Positions 1 through 12,408 of a stretch of 64,000 nucleotides of DNA are shown here, in pieces. Source of the stretch: Haliotis rubra. Its lineage: Eukaryota. Positions within the stretch are counted from its first letter, which is position 1; each line of letters starts with the position of its first letter. The DNA lies in the NCBI RefSeq assembly GCF_003918875.1, contig NW_025767346.1:248001-312000 (forward strand). Direction: 5' to 3'. The notes below the pieces were generated by a model that was not told the DNA's origin, did not search any database, and saw nothing but the letters and a program-made list of their open reading frames with translations. Made by a program: the position numbers and the translations under genes.

Positions 1-209
1 AGTAGTAGTAGGAGGAGGAGGAGTGGTGGTGGTGGTAGTTGTAGTAGTAGTATTGGTAGTAGTAGTAGTAATAGTAGTAGTTGTTGCAGGAGTAGTAGCA
101 GCAGCAGTAGTAGTAGTAGCAGTAGTTGTAGTTACAGTAATGGTAATAGTAGAAACATCAGCAGTCATGGAAGCAGAAGAAGTAGAAACAGTGGTAGTTG
201 ATGTTTCAC

Positions 210-349
210 CTGTGTATTGTTATGGAATGCTGCTGGTGACACTGCTGGTGTTGACACTGGTGCTGACGCTGATGACAGAGTCTGCCTCACATACATCGCC
301 ACAATGACGACGGCTATGATGTTTAGCAGAGTCAGGTACAGGGCGATAT
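210..349 (-). CDS. 2-TM coiled-coil gene A, exon 3 (second TM helix); later exons lie off the left edge
   Basis: tttcAG acceptor (351-350) and GTGAAA donor. Reads (D)IALYLTLLNIIAVVIVAMYVRQTLSSASAPVSTPAVSPAAFHNNTQ. Same 140-nt length and phases (1/0) as the homologous gene B exon 13955-13816. Confidence 0.8.
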
Positions 350-637
350 CTGAAAGACAAGTCCATATACGGATACGTATTCACATAAATACCACGATGA
401 ATACATTCTACACATGACTAATATTCCTCTATTTAGCTGAACTTGCTATTTTAAAATTAGCATTATTCCCTGAAACACTGAACTGAGTGTCCTGCTCTGC
501 ATGATGAAGGAAGGCCCCAGAGTGAATGTCTGCGGGACGCAACACTGCCATAAAGCTACTCTCATCTACATAGCTAACAATGTCTACACCTGCTTACATT
601 ATACGACCTGTCTAAGCGTACAAAAGAGTCTACTATT

Positions 638-2320
638 GACTACACTCAGCCCTGTCTACACCTGACTACACTCAGCCCTGTCTAAACTTCTTTACACCCA
701 GCCCTGTCTACACTTGGCTACACTCAGCCCTGTCTACACCTGATTAAACTCAGCCCTGACTACACTTGTCTACACACAGCCCTGTCTACACTTTACTACA
801 CTCAGCCCTGTCTACACCTGTCTACACATGACTACACTCAGCCCTGTCTACACTTGACTACACACAGCCTTGTCTACACTTGACTACACACAGCCGTGTC
901 TACAATTGACTACACTCAGCCCTGTCTACACCTGTCTACACATGACTACACTCAGCCCTGTCTATTATCCCTTGAAATACTGAACTAAGTGTCCCGCCCT
1001 GCTTGGTGAAGAAAGGCCCCAGATTGTATGTATGAGGATCGCAACACTGCCATAAGCTACTCTCATCTACATAGCTAACGCTGTCTACACTCGCTTACAT
1101 TATCCGAACTGTCTAAACGTCCCTATACAAGTGTCTACACTTGACTACTCTCAGCCCTGTGTACACCTGACTACACTCAGCCCTGTCTACACTTGTCTAC
1201 GCAGCTAAATACCCTCGAATACATGGCGTACACCTACCAGTCTCAGCCACTCACCGTGAAGCGTTGATTTGCCTTTCAGCTGACTCAGCTCTGCCTTGGT
1301 CATGGCGCCGTCTAGTTCCTCCCCGTCTAGTTTCCTCTCAGCGGCGACATGCTTTCCCGCAAACTCTGCCACCTTCCTGTTTGTGGCGTCTCGGTGCTTT
1401 TTGAACTCCTCATAAGCCGAATTCGACTGCTTAAAGTATTCCTTAAGTCGACCCCCGTTCTCCTCCGTGGCCTCCTTAGCTTCTATCGCCTTCCCTCGAA
1501 TGTCTCCTACCTTGGACTCTATGCCAGGTATGACGATCTCCATCAAATTATTTTGGGTTTCTTTCAGTTTGTTAATCCTATCCTCCAGCTTTCCAAACTT
1601 CGGGTTGGTTTCAGTAAGGTTTGTCCTTGTCTCAGCAAGCGTAGAACGGACTTCAGCTAGATTGGTATTTTGTTTCATTTAATGTCTACACTCGCTTACA
1701 TTATCCGAACTGTCTAAACGTCCCTATAAAAGTGTCTACTATTGTCTAGACTCAGCCCTGTCTACACTTGACTACACTCAACCTTGTCTACAACTGACTA
1801 CACTCAGCCTTGTTTAAACCTGTCTACACTTTACTACACTCAGGCCTGTCTACACTTCTTTAGACTCAGCCCAGTCTACACCAGACTAAACTCAGCCCAG
1901 ACTACACTTGTCTACAGTCAGCCCTGTCTACAGCCAGCCCTGTCTACACCTGACTACACTCACCCTTGTTTACACCTAACTACACTCAGCCCTGTCTACA
2001 CCTTACTACACTCAGCCCTGTCTACACTTGACTACACTCAGCCCTGTCTACACATGACTACACTCAGCCCTGTCTACACTTGACTACACTCAGCCCTGTC
2101 TACACTTGACTACAATCAGCCTTGACTACACATGACTACACTCAGCCCTGTCTACACTTGACTACACTCAGCCTTGACTACACATGACTACACTCAGCCC
2201 TGTCTACACTTGACTACACTCAGCCCTGTCTACACTTGACTGCACTCAGTCCTGTCTACACTTCACTACACTCAGCCCTGTCTACACTTGACTACACTCA
2301 GCCCTGTCTACACTTTACTA
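638..2320. repeat. 26-bp minisatellite (ACTACACTCAGCCCTGTCTACACTTG)n in blocks at about 638-962, 1130-1200 and 1740-2320
   Basis: Tandem units read directly; intronic in gene A. Confidence 0.9.
1255..1686 (-). pseudogene. 5'-truncated duplicate of the 3' part of the coiled-coil exon (pseudo-exon)
   Basis: NLAEVRSTLAETRTNLTETN matches about 3890-3950. RKLDGEELDGAMTKAELSQLKGKST.HG|GTGAGT matches the exon ends at 2376 and 15028. No acceptor is visible. Confidence 0.7.
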
Positions 2321-2375
2321 CATAGCTAGATACACCCGCATACATGGCCTGCACCTACCCGTCCCTTTCACTCAC

Positions 2376-4430
2376 CGTGAAATGTTGATTTGCCTTTCAG
2401 CTGACTCAGCTCTGCCTTGGTCATGGCGCCGTCTAGTTCCTCCCCGTCTAGTTTCCTGTCAGTGGTGTCATGCTTCCCTGCAAACTCTGCCACTTTCTTG
2501 TTTGTGGCGTTGCGGTGCTTTTGAAACTCTACATATGTCCAATTCGCCCAAACAATGTGAGCTTTTATAAGATCTCCATTTGTGCTGGTGTTCCGTTGGA
2601 CTTGTTCCACTTCTTGATGGACAACGTCTATGTATTGTTTGAGGGTCGGTAGTTCCGTAAGCACAAGCTCATTTCTCCAAGACGCTAATGACTTAACACT
2701 TTGTTTCGTTGCGCTCAATTGTGAAGAAAGATCTTCAGAGGTTATATTTATTGCAGTAATGTTTGATGTGATATTTCCCACTGATTGTGTCACTGCTTCA
2801 AGCTTGTCGACGTTACTGAAGACCTGCGTCCGAACAGACTCAGCTAAATGTTGAAGGCTACTTACATTTTCCTGAAGATTTGCGACATCAAAACCCAAAA
2901 CCTTAGATACGTTCTTCAACGTTTCCACTTCTCTCTTCACAGAATCATGTTCGTCCTTAAATTCTTCCTCCCTTTTAAGAATTTCATTTATACGCTTTTT
3001 AAAATCAAGAGATGTGTGAATTGCCCATAGAATATGACCTTGAAGTAATCCTGAACTCTCACTTGCATTTTGTCTCGCCTCCTCCAGCAATTTACGATCA
3101 TCTGTTATGTTCTGTTTAATCATGGGCAATTCCTTCTCAGAGATCTCAGTTTTCCAAGACATTAACAAAGCCGTGCTTTCATTCATAGCCTGATACATGG
3201 TTGACATTGTACTATTGATGCCAGCCATTTTTGTGGTGATGCTTTTCACTTCAAATGAAAGTTCCTGTACGCACCTTGCATTTTCTGCTGCAGCCTTCTC
3301 AGCATCTTCGGCCATCTTCCGCGTGGCATCTCCCGTATCTGCAATCCGCCTTTCCCGTGCGTCTAATTCAGCAAGCCTTGTGACCACGGCTGTAACAATA
3401 TGGGCGAGCTCTGAGACAGTGGTGTTGACAGAGGTGACATTGATGGAAATACTTCCAACATCCTGCATCAGTGTATCAACCTTCTTCAAGCAGCCTTCGA
3501 CACCACGTGTCGCATCTTTTGCATCTTGTCTGATTTTCGAGGGTTCCAAAGTTTCAATCTCAGTTTTCCAAACATCAATATTTTCAAAACGATTAGTTAA
3601 GGACTCCATCTGAGCAGAGAGTTTTGAGACCGTTGAGTCCAGTCTGTTGCCACTGTTTGTAAGTTGCTCTCGGTGCTCTTTGAACTCCTCATATGCCGAA
3701 TTCGCCCAGTTAATGTGATTAATAAGTTTACCTCCGTTTGTATCCGTGGCCCACTTAGCTTCATCTGCTTTCCCCCTGAATCTGTCCCATCTTGGACCTT
3801 ATGTCGGGTATTACGTTCTCCGTCACATTCCTTTGTTTTTCGTCCTGTTGGTTAATCCTGCCCTCCTGTTTTCCAACCTTCGTGTTGGTTTCAGTAAGGT
3901 TTGTCCTTGTCTCAGCAAGCGTAGAACGGACTTCAGCAAGATTGGTATTTGTTTCATGTAATGTCTTGCTTATGGCTTCATTTGCTTCTGCAATCGTCTT
4001 TACGTCAGCTTCAACTTGTGTCACATCTGCCAGGTCGTTGCCTTTACCCGCAGAACTCATGGTTTGCAAATGTCGATGATGGTCCTTAAGAGTCCTCAAA
4101 GGTTCAGACATTTGACTCGGATCTTTAAAGACTGATTCAATTCCTTCAGTCCACTTGTTAAGATCGTGTACTGTGTGCTCTAGGTTCTTATACTCACTCT
4201 CAAGGTGGCTGCAATCTGGCGTGACCTGTTTCGTCTTGGGAACGTCTTCAGGCACTTTACACGATGTCTTTGATGACAGGAGTCTCTGAATACATGTCTT
4301 GGTCTCCGAAGGACTTTTTCCACATTTCTCGTTGAGAACGTCCAACAGAGCGCGCTCGGTATTGTCGGGTGATGAACGGTAAAGCAGGTAGAACACGATG
4401 ACGAGTACCATAATCTCCAATGCTGGTTTC
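2376..4430 (-). CDS. 2-TM coiled-coil gene A, exon 2 (TM1 + long N-glycosylated coiled coil), with a +1 frameshift at 3772-3776
   Basis: gatAG acceptor (phase 2) gives R-KPALEIMVLVIVFYLLYR. ORFs 4420-3761 and 3609-2368 join if one G of GGGGG is removed. Donor CACG|GTGAGT. The 3' 410 aa are highly similar to gene B. Confidence 0.75.
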
Positions 4431-5337
4431 CTATCAGATAAAACACGGAAATATCAGAAACAGGTAATATACTCTGGATGCGGAAAACCATGTCTCGCCA
4501 TCCCAGACCAATGAAGATCCGGGTTAGAATTGGTCTTCAGCAACCCATGTATGTAGGCTCGCTGACATGGTTGACACATGTTATCGTATCCCAAATGCGT
4601 ATATCACCGCCCATGATGTTGATTATTAGAACTGATGTAACGGTAAGAGCATACTTGATGGAACTGACTGATTGCGTGCGATCGGGGGGCGGTGGGGTTG
4701 CCCAGTGATTAAAGCGTTCGCCCGTCACACTGAAGACCTAGGTTCGATTCCCCACATTGGCACAATATGTGAAGCCTATTTCTGGTGTCCCCCGCTATGA
4801 TATTGCTGGAATATTGCTAAAAGTGGCGAAAAACCACACTCACTCATAACAGAAATAGTAGAGATAGTAGAAATGTCACAACTATTATCATTACAAATTT
4901 TTACTACCTTTATCGTTACATGTTTCCGTTAAATTATTACTGCCTGTCTTAATAAATTGTCATTACAACTTACATTGCATTATCATTACATGTTTTCACT
5001 TCATTAACATAAAATGTTTTCACTACAGCCCATTTCTGGTGTCCCCCACTGTGATGTTGCTGGAATATTGCTGAAAGCGTGGTAAAACTAAACTCACTTT
5101 GGGAAAATGTACTAAATCAAATAACGGGTGGTTTGACTAGCGATTTAATATTACACATTTTAAATTTCTCAATTTTTATGAAAAAGCGTACTTCTAACAG
5201 AATATTTACACGGAATTACAATTTAACGAAAAGATATAACTAAGTTTGCAGTTACGACTTGAATATCATATCAATAACAACAAATAAAAATTTCAAAAAA
5301 AACGAATATACTTTAAGCCATTAATAGGTTTACTAAC

Positions 5338-5600
5338 CGGTAGATCTGTATTATGTCTCTGTAGGTCACTGGATCAGACGGGCGTTCGGGCTGCACAGTT
5401 GAACTGTTGTAGTCAGCATCTGATATCTCACCGTCTTGACTATCACCTTCTCGTGGCGGCTGAGCGAGAGGTTTTGAGCCAGGTTTGTCGGCCTGAGTTA
5501 CCTCCCTTCCACTGTTCGCCTGCAGGCGTTTGCGAGGTTTGTCGGCCTGAGTTACCTCCCCTCCACTGTTCGCCTGCAGGCGTTTGCGAGGGATGGGCAT
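5338..5600 (-). CDS. 2-TM coiled-coil gene A, exon 1 (low-complexity cytoplasmic tail with an 18-aa duplication)
   Basis: ATG at 5600 (MPIPRKRLQANSGGEVTQADK PRKRLQANSGREVTQADK...). Donor CG|GTTAGT is phase 2 and matches the exon 2 acceptor. Confidence 0.65.
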
Positions 5601-5761
5601 GGTACACGGTTGGTCGAGTCTCTGTTTGGACAACTGTTTTGTGTCTGAATTTGTCACTCACATACGAAGCGTTGGTTAGGTAGTCTCTAGCTTGCTTTGT
5701 TGATACGAATTCGCCATCCACATCTGAACTCCATGAATCAGTCGGACAAACCGCAACGAAG

Positions 5762-5864
5762 ACTGGGAATCCCACTTGGATCTACATTGAAGGTGACCCC
5801 TGACCCAGGCCCCGGAACGAGCATGTTTATACAGCGCAGTGACCTAATATGCTTTCTAGGAAAC
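5762..5864. promoter_or_regulatory. Gene A upstream module: kB site GGGAATCCC, TGACCCCTGACCC, TGACCTAA, GAS site TTCTAGGAA
   Basis: Motifs at 5765, 5794, 5840 and 5854. Same order and near-identical spacing upstream of gene B. Confidence 0.6.
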
Positions 5865-7069
5865 CGACACAAATAGGAGCAGGCGTTTAATGTGTACAAT
5901 AAGCTCTCGATATGTCTTGGGATCGATCATTATATCTTGGAAAGAGGAGTAGAGCTTCGGGGCTAGGAATTTATAAACTGAATATTTAGTTTATGTATAT
6001 TTTTCAACTGCAGGTGGAAAACTACAATTTGTTTACAAAAGAACTATGGGAGTAAAATTACATAGGAATAAAAAAATAAAATCTCAACAATGTAAATTTT
6101 ATGGTGCCTAATTTCTTTTGTTCTATCCAGTCTTTCAACGATTGACAAAGACAATTTATGTTTGCCGAAATCACTGGTTTTGTGACTCAGAATTTCTGTC
6201 TCAGCGCCTCACACCCGGATTGAGTACGAGACAGGCGTCTGTCTATCTTCTAGCCCCAATAAACAGATTAAATTACAATGGAGCGGTGGAGTAGCCGAGT
6301 GGTTAAAGTGTCCGCTCGTCTCACCGAAGACACGGGTTCGATTCCCACATGGGTACAATGTGTGAAGCCAGCGTTCGAAATTACATTCGGTCCTTAGGCC
6401 CGAAGCCGACTGAAAACTACGCGGACCCACAGCTTTTGTTTTCTGCAGGTCCTTATGGCCGACAGCTCTTTCATCCCCAATAACTAAGAGTATTATTTCC
6501 ATATTAAAGTATAGGCCCTACACATTCTGATCAGGACCCACAACTTTGTATGGTTCTGGGTCCTTAGGGCCTGCAGCTTTTCAAGATTAAGGGCAAACAC
6601 TGTGTGAAGCACATTTTTGGTTTCAACACGTGATGTTGCTGGAATAATGCTGGAAAAGCGGCATAAAACCATACTCACTCACTCACTCACTCACTATAAG
6701 AAAAATAACGCCGAATGCCAATGACAAGTACACCAACATATACAGTGTGATATTGTTTTATTCACTGTCATGGCAGATTCAGACATGGGCGGGTTTAACA
6801 TCAGCGACAAGCTACAGCTTCCCAAACAAAATACAGTTGTTGTTATTTATAAAAATAAACGATGATGTAATGTGCTTTGTGATAATCACCATGGATTAAC
6901 GGATTAATAATACCACAAGCACTCCCGTTTCCACAGATCCTCCAATCACAAGGCTAGCCTCGTCAGGTCACAATCTCCACCCCTCGAATACGGGGGTCAC
7001 TTGTTTACTCAAACATGAGGGACGCTGTGTTGACTCAGACGTGGTGGAATGTGTGGTGGCTCTGACACA

Positions 7070-7505
7070 AGGGATGCTTGTTTGGTTCCTGCTTGTTTAC
7101 TCAGACAGAAGGATGCTTGTTTACTCAGACACAAGGGATGCTTGTTTACTCAGACACAAGGGATGCTTGTTTGGTTCCTGCTTGTTTACTCAGACAGAAG
7201 GATGCTTGTTTACTCAGACACAAGGGTTGCTTGTTTACTCAGACACAAGGGATGCTTGTTTGCTCAGACACAAGGATGCTTGTTAACTCAGCCACGAGGG
7301 ATTGTTGTTTACTCAGACCAAAGGGATGCTTGTTTACTCAGGCACAAGGGATGCTTGTTTACTCAGCCACGAGGGATTGTTGTTTACTCAGACAAAAGGA
7401 ATGCCTGTTTACACAGACACGAGGGATGCTTGTTTACTCAGACAAAAGGGATGCTTGTTTATTCATACACAAGGGATGCTTGTTTACTCAGACACAAGGG
7501 ATGTT
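7070..7505. repeat. About 25-bp minisatellite (GGGATGCTTGTTTACTCAGACACAA)n
   Basis: Tandem units read directly. Confidence 0.85.
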
Positions 7506-7993
7506 GTGTTGAACCGGACATGAGGGACGTTGTGTTGATTAAGACACGGGGGCCGCCATATAGCTGGAATATTGCTGAGTGCGGCGTAAAACTAAACTAA
7601 CTTACTCACTTAAAACACGTGGAACTATGCCAAGACTCAGTCACAAAAGATTCTGAATCGACAGGTGGCAGCATTCCACGACACAAACAAAGTTTAAAAC
7701 GATTTACATGTTGGGAGAGAATACTCCGGCAATGTTCATAAATACCTTTAGTTCTTTCACAATTGAATATTACTGTATAATATAAGCACTAATAGTTAGA
7801 ACCTTTCTTGTACTGTAGTTTATAATACAAAAGTAATCTTCATTTTATGGAGAAAATAAAGAATATCTATCTATCTACCTTCGGGTAATGACCTCCAGGA
7901 ATGATGAAACACTTCGGGTAATGACCTTCAGAAATCAGGAATCATGTCGGCGAGTGACCTGTAGTACCGTAATCCAATCGGCTAATGGCCAGG

Positions 7994-8308
7994 GTGACTT
8001 TACAACAGCCGACTGACGAACTGCTAGGTTATAGCACTGTTGGATAGAGGCCCGCGTGACTTTACAACAGCCAACTGACAAACTGCTAGGTTATATCACT
8101 GTTGGATAGAGGCCCGCGTGACTTTACAACAGCCAACTGATAAACTGCTAGGTTATAGCACTGTTGGATAGAGGCCCGCGTGACTTTACAACAGCCAACT
8201 GATAAACTGCTAAGTTATAGCACTGTGGGATAGAGGCCCGCGTGACTTTACAACAGCCAACTGATAAACTGCTAGGTTATAGCACTGTTGGATAGAGGCC
8301 CGCGTGAC
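7994..8308. repeat. 62-bp tandem repeat x5
   Basis: Unit starting GTGACTTTACAACAGCC at 7994, 8056, 8118, 8180 and 8242. Confidence 0.9.
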
Positions 8309-8330
8309 GTTACGACTGTTTGTTAATGAC

Positions 8331-8575
8331 CAGGCTAGCTTTTCTCGAAACGTTCGTAGCCCTACGAACTTATTAAGCCCATTATTAACACATTGGCTAC
8401 GATCAAATATAAGAATTGTTAGGGCTACGAAAGGTTCGAGAACAAGGGCCCAGGCTAGCTATTCTGGAAACGTTCGTAGCCCTACGAACTTCTTAAACCC
8501 ATTCTTAACACATTGGCTACGATCAAGGTTAAGAATTCTTAGGGATACGAACGTTTCGAGAATAAGGCCCCAGGT
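8331..8575. mobile_element. Two tandem copies of an about 120-bp palindromic MITE (Harbinger-like, CAG junctions)
   Basis: Each copy has the inverted repeat TTCTCGAAACGTTCGTAGCCCTA ... TAGGGCTACGAAAGGTTCGAGAA. Confidence 0.6.
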
Positions 8576-8785
8576 AGCCGTTGTACAATACACCTTTAGC
8601 TATGGTTAACTTAAGTCTATGTTAAGGTATGGGAGCTACAGTCATCTTAGCGCTAAGATCGCTTTGTACATCTGTTCCCTGATGGACTATATGTCGATTG
8701 ATGACTTCTGGGACGGCATCATTGTCTAATGTCACATTAATACATAGTAAACAGCTGCTATTGGTTCCTAAACTTTGTTAGATTG

Positions 8786-9033
8786 CTACTCGTGGTTGTT
8801 GAAGTCGTAATCAGCTGAAGTAGTCGGCTGTCTCCTTAACAGTCTGTTGATGAAGGTCCTGCAGTGTTCTTTCTGGTCGTTGCTGAAGTCGCTGCAGATG
8901 CTTAGAATTCTGTCACTTTTCTGTAGCTGAGTCAATTCCTTCTGTCGGTGGATGGAACTAAGATCGGGATTAAAAAGACCACTGCCCAAATTCACGGATC
9001 CTCTGTCACCACAGTAGATCACCGTCACGTCGG
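8786..9033 (-). CDS. 2-TM coiled-coil gene B, last exon (C-half of the alpha/beta domain)
   Basis: tttcAG acceptor, phase 1. (A)DVTVIYCGDRGSVNLGSGLFNPDLSSIHRQKELTQLQKSDRILSICSDFSNDQKEHCRTFINRLL...*. Homologous to 38854-38649. Confidence 0.85.
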
Positions 9034-9419
9034 CTGAAAGAGTGAGTGAGTGAGTGAGTTAGTTTAGTTTTACGCCACACTCGGTGTTACTGACACCTCC
9101 ATAACACTCTCAGCCTGGATTCCTGTGCACCTCTAAATCACATTTTAAACTGATTAAAACTTAAAATTTCATTTAACCTCTCCAATGAATGCATTGTTCT
9201 AATACGATATTGTCAGTATTTCCTGAAAACCTTTAATACGTTTCACTAGGCTCACGTCCACTTTTCTTAGCGCCTGATACAACTTCCCTTATTACTTTTT
9301 GACATAACTTTTAGGCTTACCCCAAGACGCCACTCTCCTACTTTCCCTTGACACAACTTCACATCTCACCACCAAAGCTACTGACACACCTTTATATCTT
9401 ACCCTCTGACACAACTCAC

Positions 9420-9741
9420 CTCCAAACCTCCAGAGACTCCGCACAGTGGTCACCCTGAGATCGCCAAGCCCCTTAGTGGGATCCTCCAAGATGACGTGCC
9501 GCTCATTGAAGTCGACAAAGACGAGGAAGACGCGCGATCCCGGCAGTTGTTTAATGTCTGCGTGGCACCGGATGACCCGAGTGTGGATGGTGGGACATGG
9601 TTGCTGCACAGACTCGAACACAGACCTGGTCTGATCGGCATGTTTCATCTCCGTCTCGGTATGGAAGGTCACAATACACAGGGAGTCCTCCATCGGCCCC
9701 GTCCACGACAGCTCGTACTTCTCCTCACGTCGGAAGCCCCT
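9420..9741 (-). CDS. 2-TM coiled-coil gene B, exon with the N-half of the alpha/beta (TIR-like pattern) domain
   Basis: ctgcAG acceptor (phase 0) and GGAG|GTGAGT donor (phase 1). Contains VFVDFNERHVILEDPTKGLGDLRVTTV, shared with 39609-39294. Confidence 0.85.
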
Positions 9742-9779
9742 CTGCAGATAAACAGACATAGTTATGGTAGTGGTTATAT

Positions 9780-9910
9780 NNNNNNNNNNNNNNNNNNNNN
9801 NNNNNNNNNNNNNNNNNNNNNNNNNNNNNNNNNNNNNNNNNNNNNNNNNNNNNNNNNNNNNNNNNNNNNNNNNNNNNNNNNNNNNNNNNNNNNNNNNNNN
9901 NNNNNNNNNN
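9780..9910. other. Assembly gap (N run)
   Basis: Ns in the sequence. Confidence 1.
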
Positions 9911-10199
9911 GTAGTCGTAGTCGTAGTCGTCGTAGTCGTAGTCGTAGTCTCTAAATATGTCAGTCTTACCAAGATAGTTTAGCGGCTGACATCGATCAAG
10001 TCGCGTCAGCGCGTCGCAAAGTCTAGGAGGTAATTACACCCGGAAAAAACAGGTTATAGGTTATAGTCACATGACTGAAGTTATCCCCCGGGGTACCCAT
10101 GAACAGAAGCAATTTTGAACAAATTCACTTTCCTTAGGCGAGCCCCACATGTTTCGTTGTTCGGCAGGACTGAAGTCCAAGAAACTATCAGAAGTCAGG

Positions 10200-10300
10200 C
10201 TGCCAAACACGGTCACCTATCCACAGACCCTCCGCGCCCAACGTTGCTTAACTTCAACTGATTTGTGACCTGAGCTCTATGCACAGGACCACACACCACC
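10200..10300 (-). mobile_element. 5S-rRNA-derived SINE head or 5S pseudogene fragment
   Basis: Reverse complement GAAGTTAAGCAACGTTGGGCGCGG...TGGATAGGTGACCG resembles the 5S internal control region (GAAGTTAAGCAACGT...TGGATGGGTGACCG). The flanks are not 5S. Confidence 0.55.
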
Positions 10301-10389
10301 AACGTCACTTTCAGTCGTATAACGACGAGGTCGCATGATTCGACGAACAAGCGTTCGTGAGACCAAAGTAGAAGTTGTATTAGTTATGG

Positions 10390-12377
10390 CAATAGTAGTA
10401 GTAGTGGTAGTAGCAGTAGCAGTTGTATTATTAGTAGTGGGAGTAGTTGTAATAGTAGCAGTAGTAGTAGTTGTAATAGTAGTAGTAATAGTAGTAGGTT
10501 GAGTAATCGAAGTAGTGGCGGTAGTCGTAGAAAAAAGGAGTAGTCGAAGTATTAGTAGGAGTAGTAGTACAAGAGGAAGAAGTAGTCGAAGTAGAAGTAG
10601 TACAAGAGGAAGAAGTAGTCGAAGTACAAGAGGAAGAAGTAGTCGAAGTAGTAGTAGTACAAGAGGAAGAAGTAGTAGTAGGAGTAGTAGTACAAGAGGA
10701 AGAAGAAGTCGAAGTAGTAGTAGTAGTACAAGAGGAAGAAGTAGTCGAAGTAGTAGTAGTACAAGAGGAAGAAGTAGTCGAAGTAGTAGTAGTACAAGAA
10801 GAAGAAGTAGTCAAAGTAGTAGTAGTGCAAGAGGAAGAAGTAGTCGAAGTAGTAGTAGTAGTAGTTGTAACAGTAGTAGTAACTGCTGCAGGTTGAGTAA
10901 TCGAAGTAGTGGTGGTAGTCGTAGAAAAAAAGAAGTAGTCGAAGTAGTAGTAGGAGTAGCAGTACAAGAGGAAGAAGTAGTCGAAGTAGTAGTAGTAGTA
11001 GTAGTAGTTGTAACAGTAGTAGTAACTGCTGCAGGTTGAGTAATCGAAGTAGTGGTGGTAGTCGTAGAAAAAAAGAAGTAGTCGAAGTAGTAGTAGGAGT
11101 AGCAGTACAAGAGGAAGAAGTAGTCGAAGTAGTAGTAGTAGTACAAGAGGAAGAAGTAGTAAAAGTAGTAGTAGGAGTAGTAGTGCAAGAGGAAGAAGTA
11201 GTCGAAGTACAAGAGGAAGAAGTAGTCGAAGTAGTACAAGAGGAAGAAGTAGTCGAAGTAGTAGGAAGAGGAAGAAGTGAAGTGAGTGAGTAGCACAAGA
11301 GGAAAAAAGTATTCGAAGTAGTAGTAGTACAAGAGGGAAAAAGTGAAGTGGAGAAGTAAAGTAGTAGTACAAGAGGAAGAAGTAGTCAAAGTAGTACAAA
11401 GTAAGAGAGTAGTAGTACACAAGGAGGAAGAAGTAGTCGAAAGTACAGGAGGAAGAAGTATCGAGTAGAAGTGAGTACAAGAGGAAGAAGTAGTCGAAGT
11501 ACAAGAAGAAGAAGTATTCAGTAGTAGTAGTACAAGAAGTAGTCGAAGAGTAGGAAGTACAAAGAGGAAGAAGTAGATCGAAGTACAAAGAGGAAGAAGT
11601 ATTCAAGTAGTAGTAGTACAAGAAGAAAAGTATTGAAAGTAGTGAGTACCGAGGAAAGTAGAAGGAAGAAGGAAGAAGTAGTGAGTAGGATGTAGTGAGT
11701 ACAAGAGGAAGAAGTAGTCAAAGAAGTAGTGAGATGGTGAGTGAGTACTAAAGAGGGAGAGAAGTAGTCGAAGTACAAGAGGAAGAAGTATTCCAAGTAG
11801 AAGTAGTACAAAGTGAGTAGTAAATAGAGTAGTCCACAAGAGGAAGAAAGTCGAAGTAGTAGTAGTACAAGAGGAAGAAGTAGTCAGAAGTATTAGTAGT
11901 AGTACAAAGAGGAAGAAGTGAAAGTAAAAGTAGTGAGTAGTATGTAGTAATTACAAGAGGAAGAAGTAGTCGAAAGTACAAGAGGAAGAAGTAGTCGAGT
12001 AGTAAGTACAAGAGGAAGAAGTAGTCAAGTGAGTAGTAGTAGTACAAGAGAGGAAGAAGTAGTCGAGAAGTACAAAAGAGGAAGAAGTAGTGATCGAAGT
12101 AGTAGTAGTAATTACAAGAGGAAGAAGAAGTCAAAAGAAGTAGTAGTACAAAGGAGGAAGAAGTATTCGAAGTAAAAGAGGGAGTAGAAGTAAAAGTAGT
12201 AGTAGGAAGTAGTACAAGAGAGGAAAAGTAGGTCAGAAGTACAAAGAGGAAAAGAGAGTAGTCGAAGTAGTAGTGAGTACAAAGAGGAAGAGTAGTCAAG
12301 TAGTTGTGAGTACAAAGAAGGAAGAAGTAGTCAAAGTAGTAGTAGTACAAAGAGGAAGAAGTAGTCAAAGTAAGTAG

Positions 12378-12408
<31 letters not shown>

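Noticed and set aside
7041-7600. Cys/Leu-rich repeat ORFs
   Set aside because: Translations of the 25-bp minisatellite.
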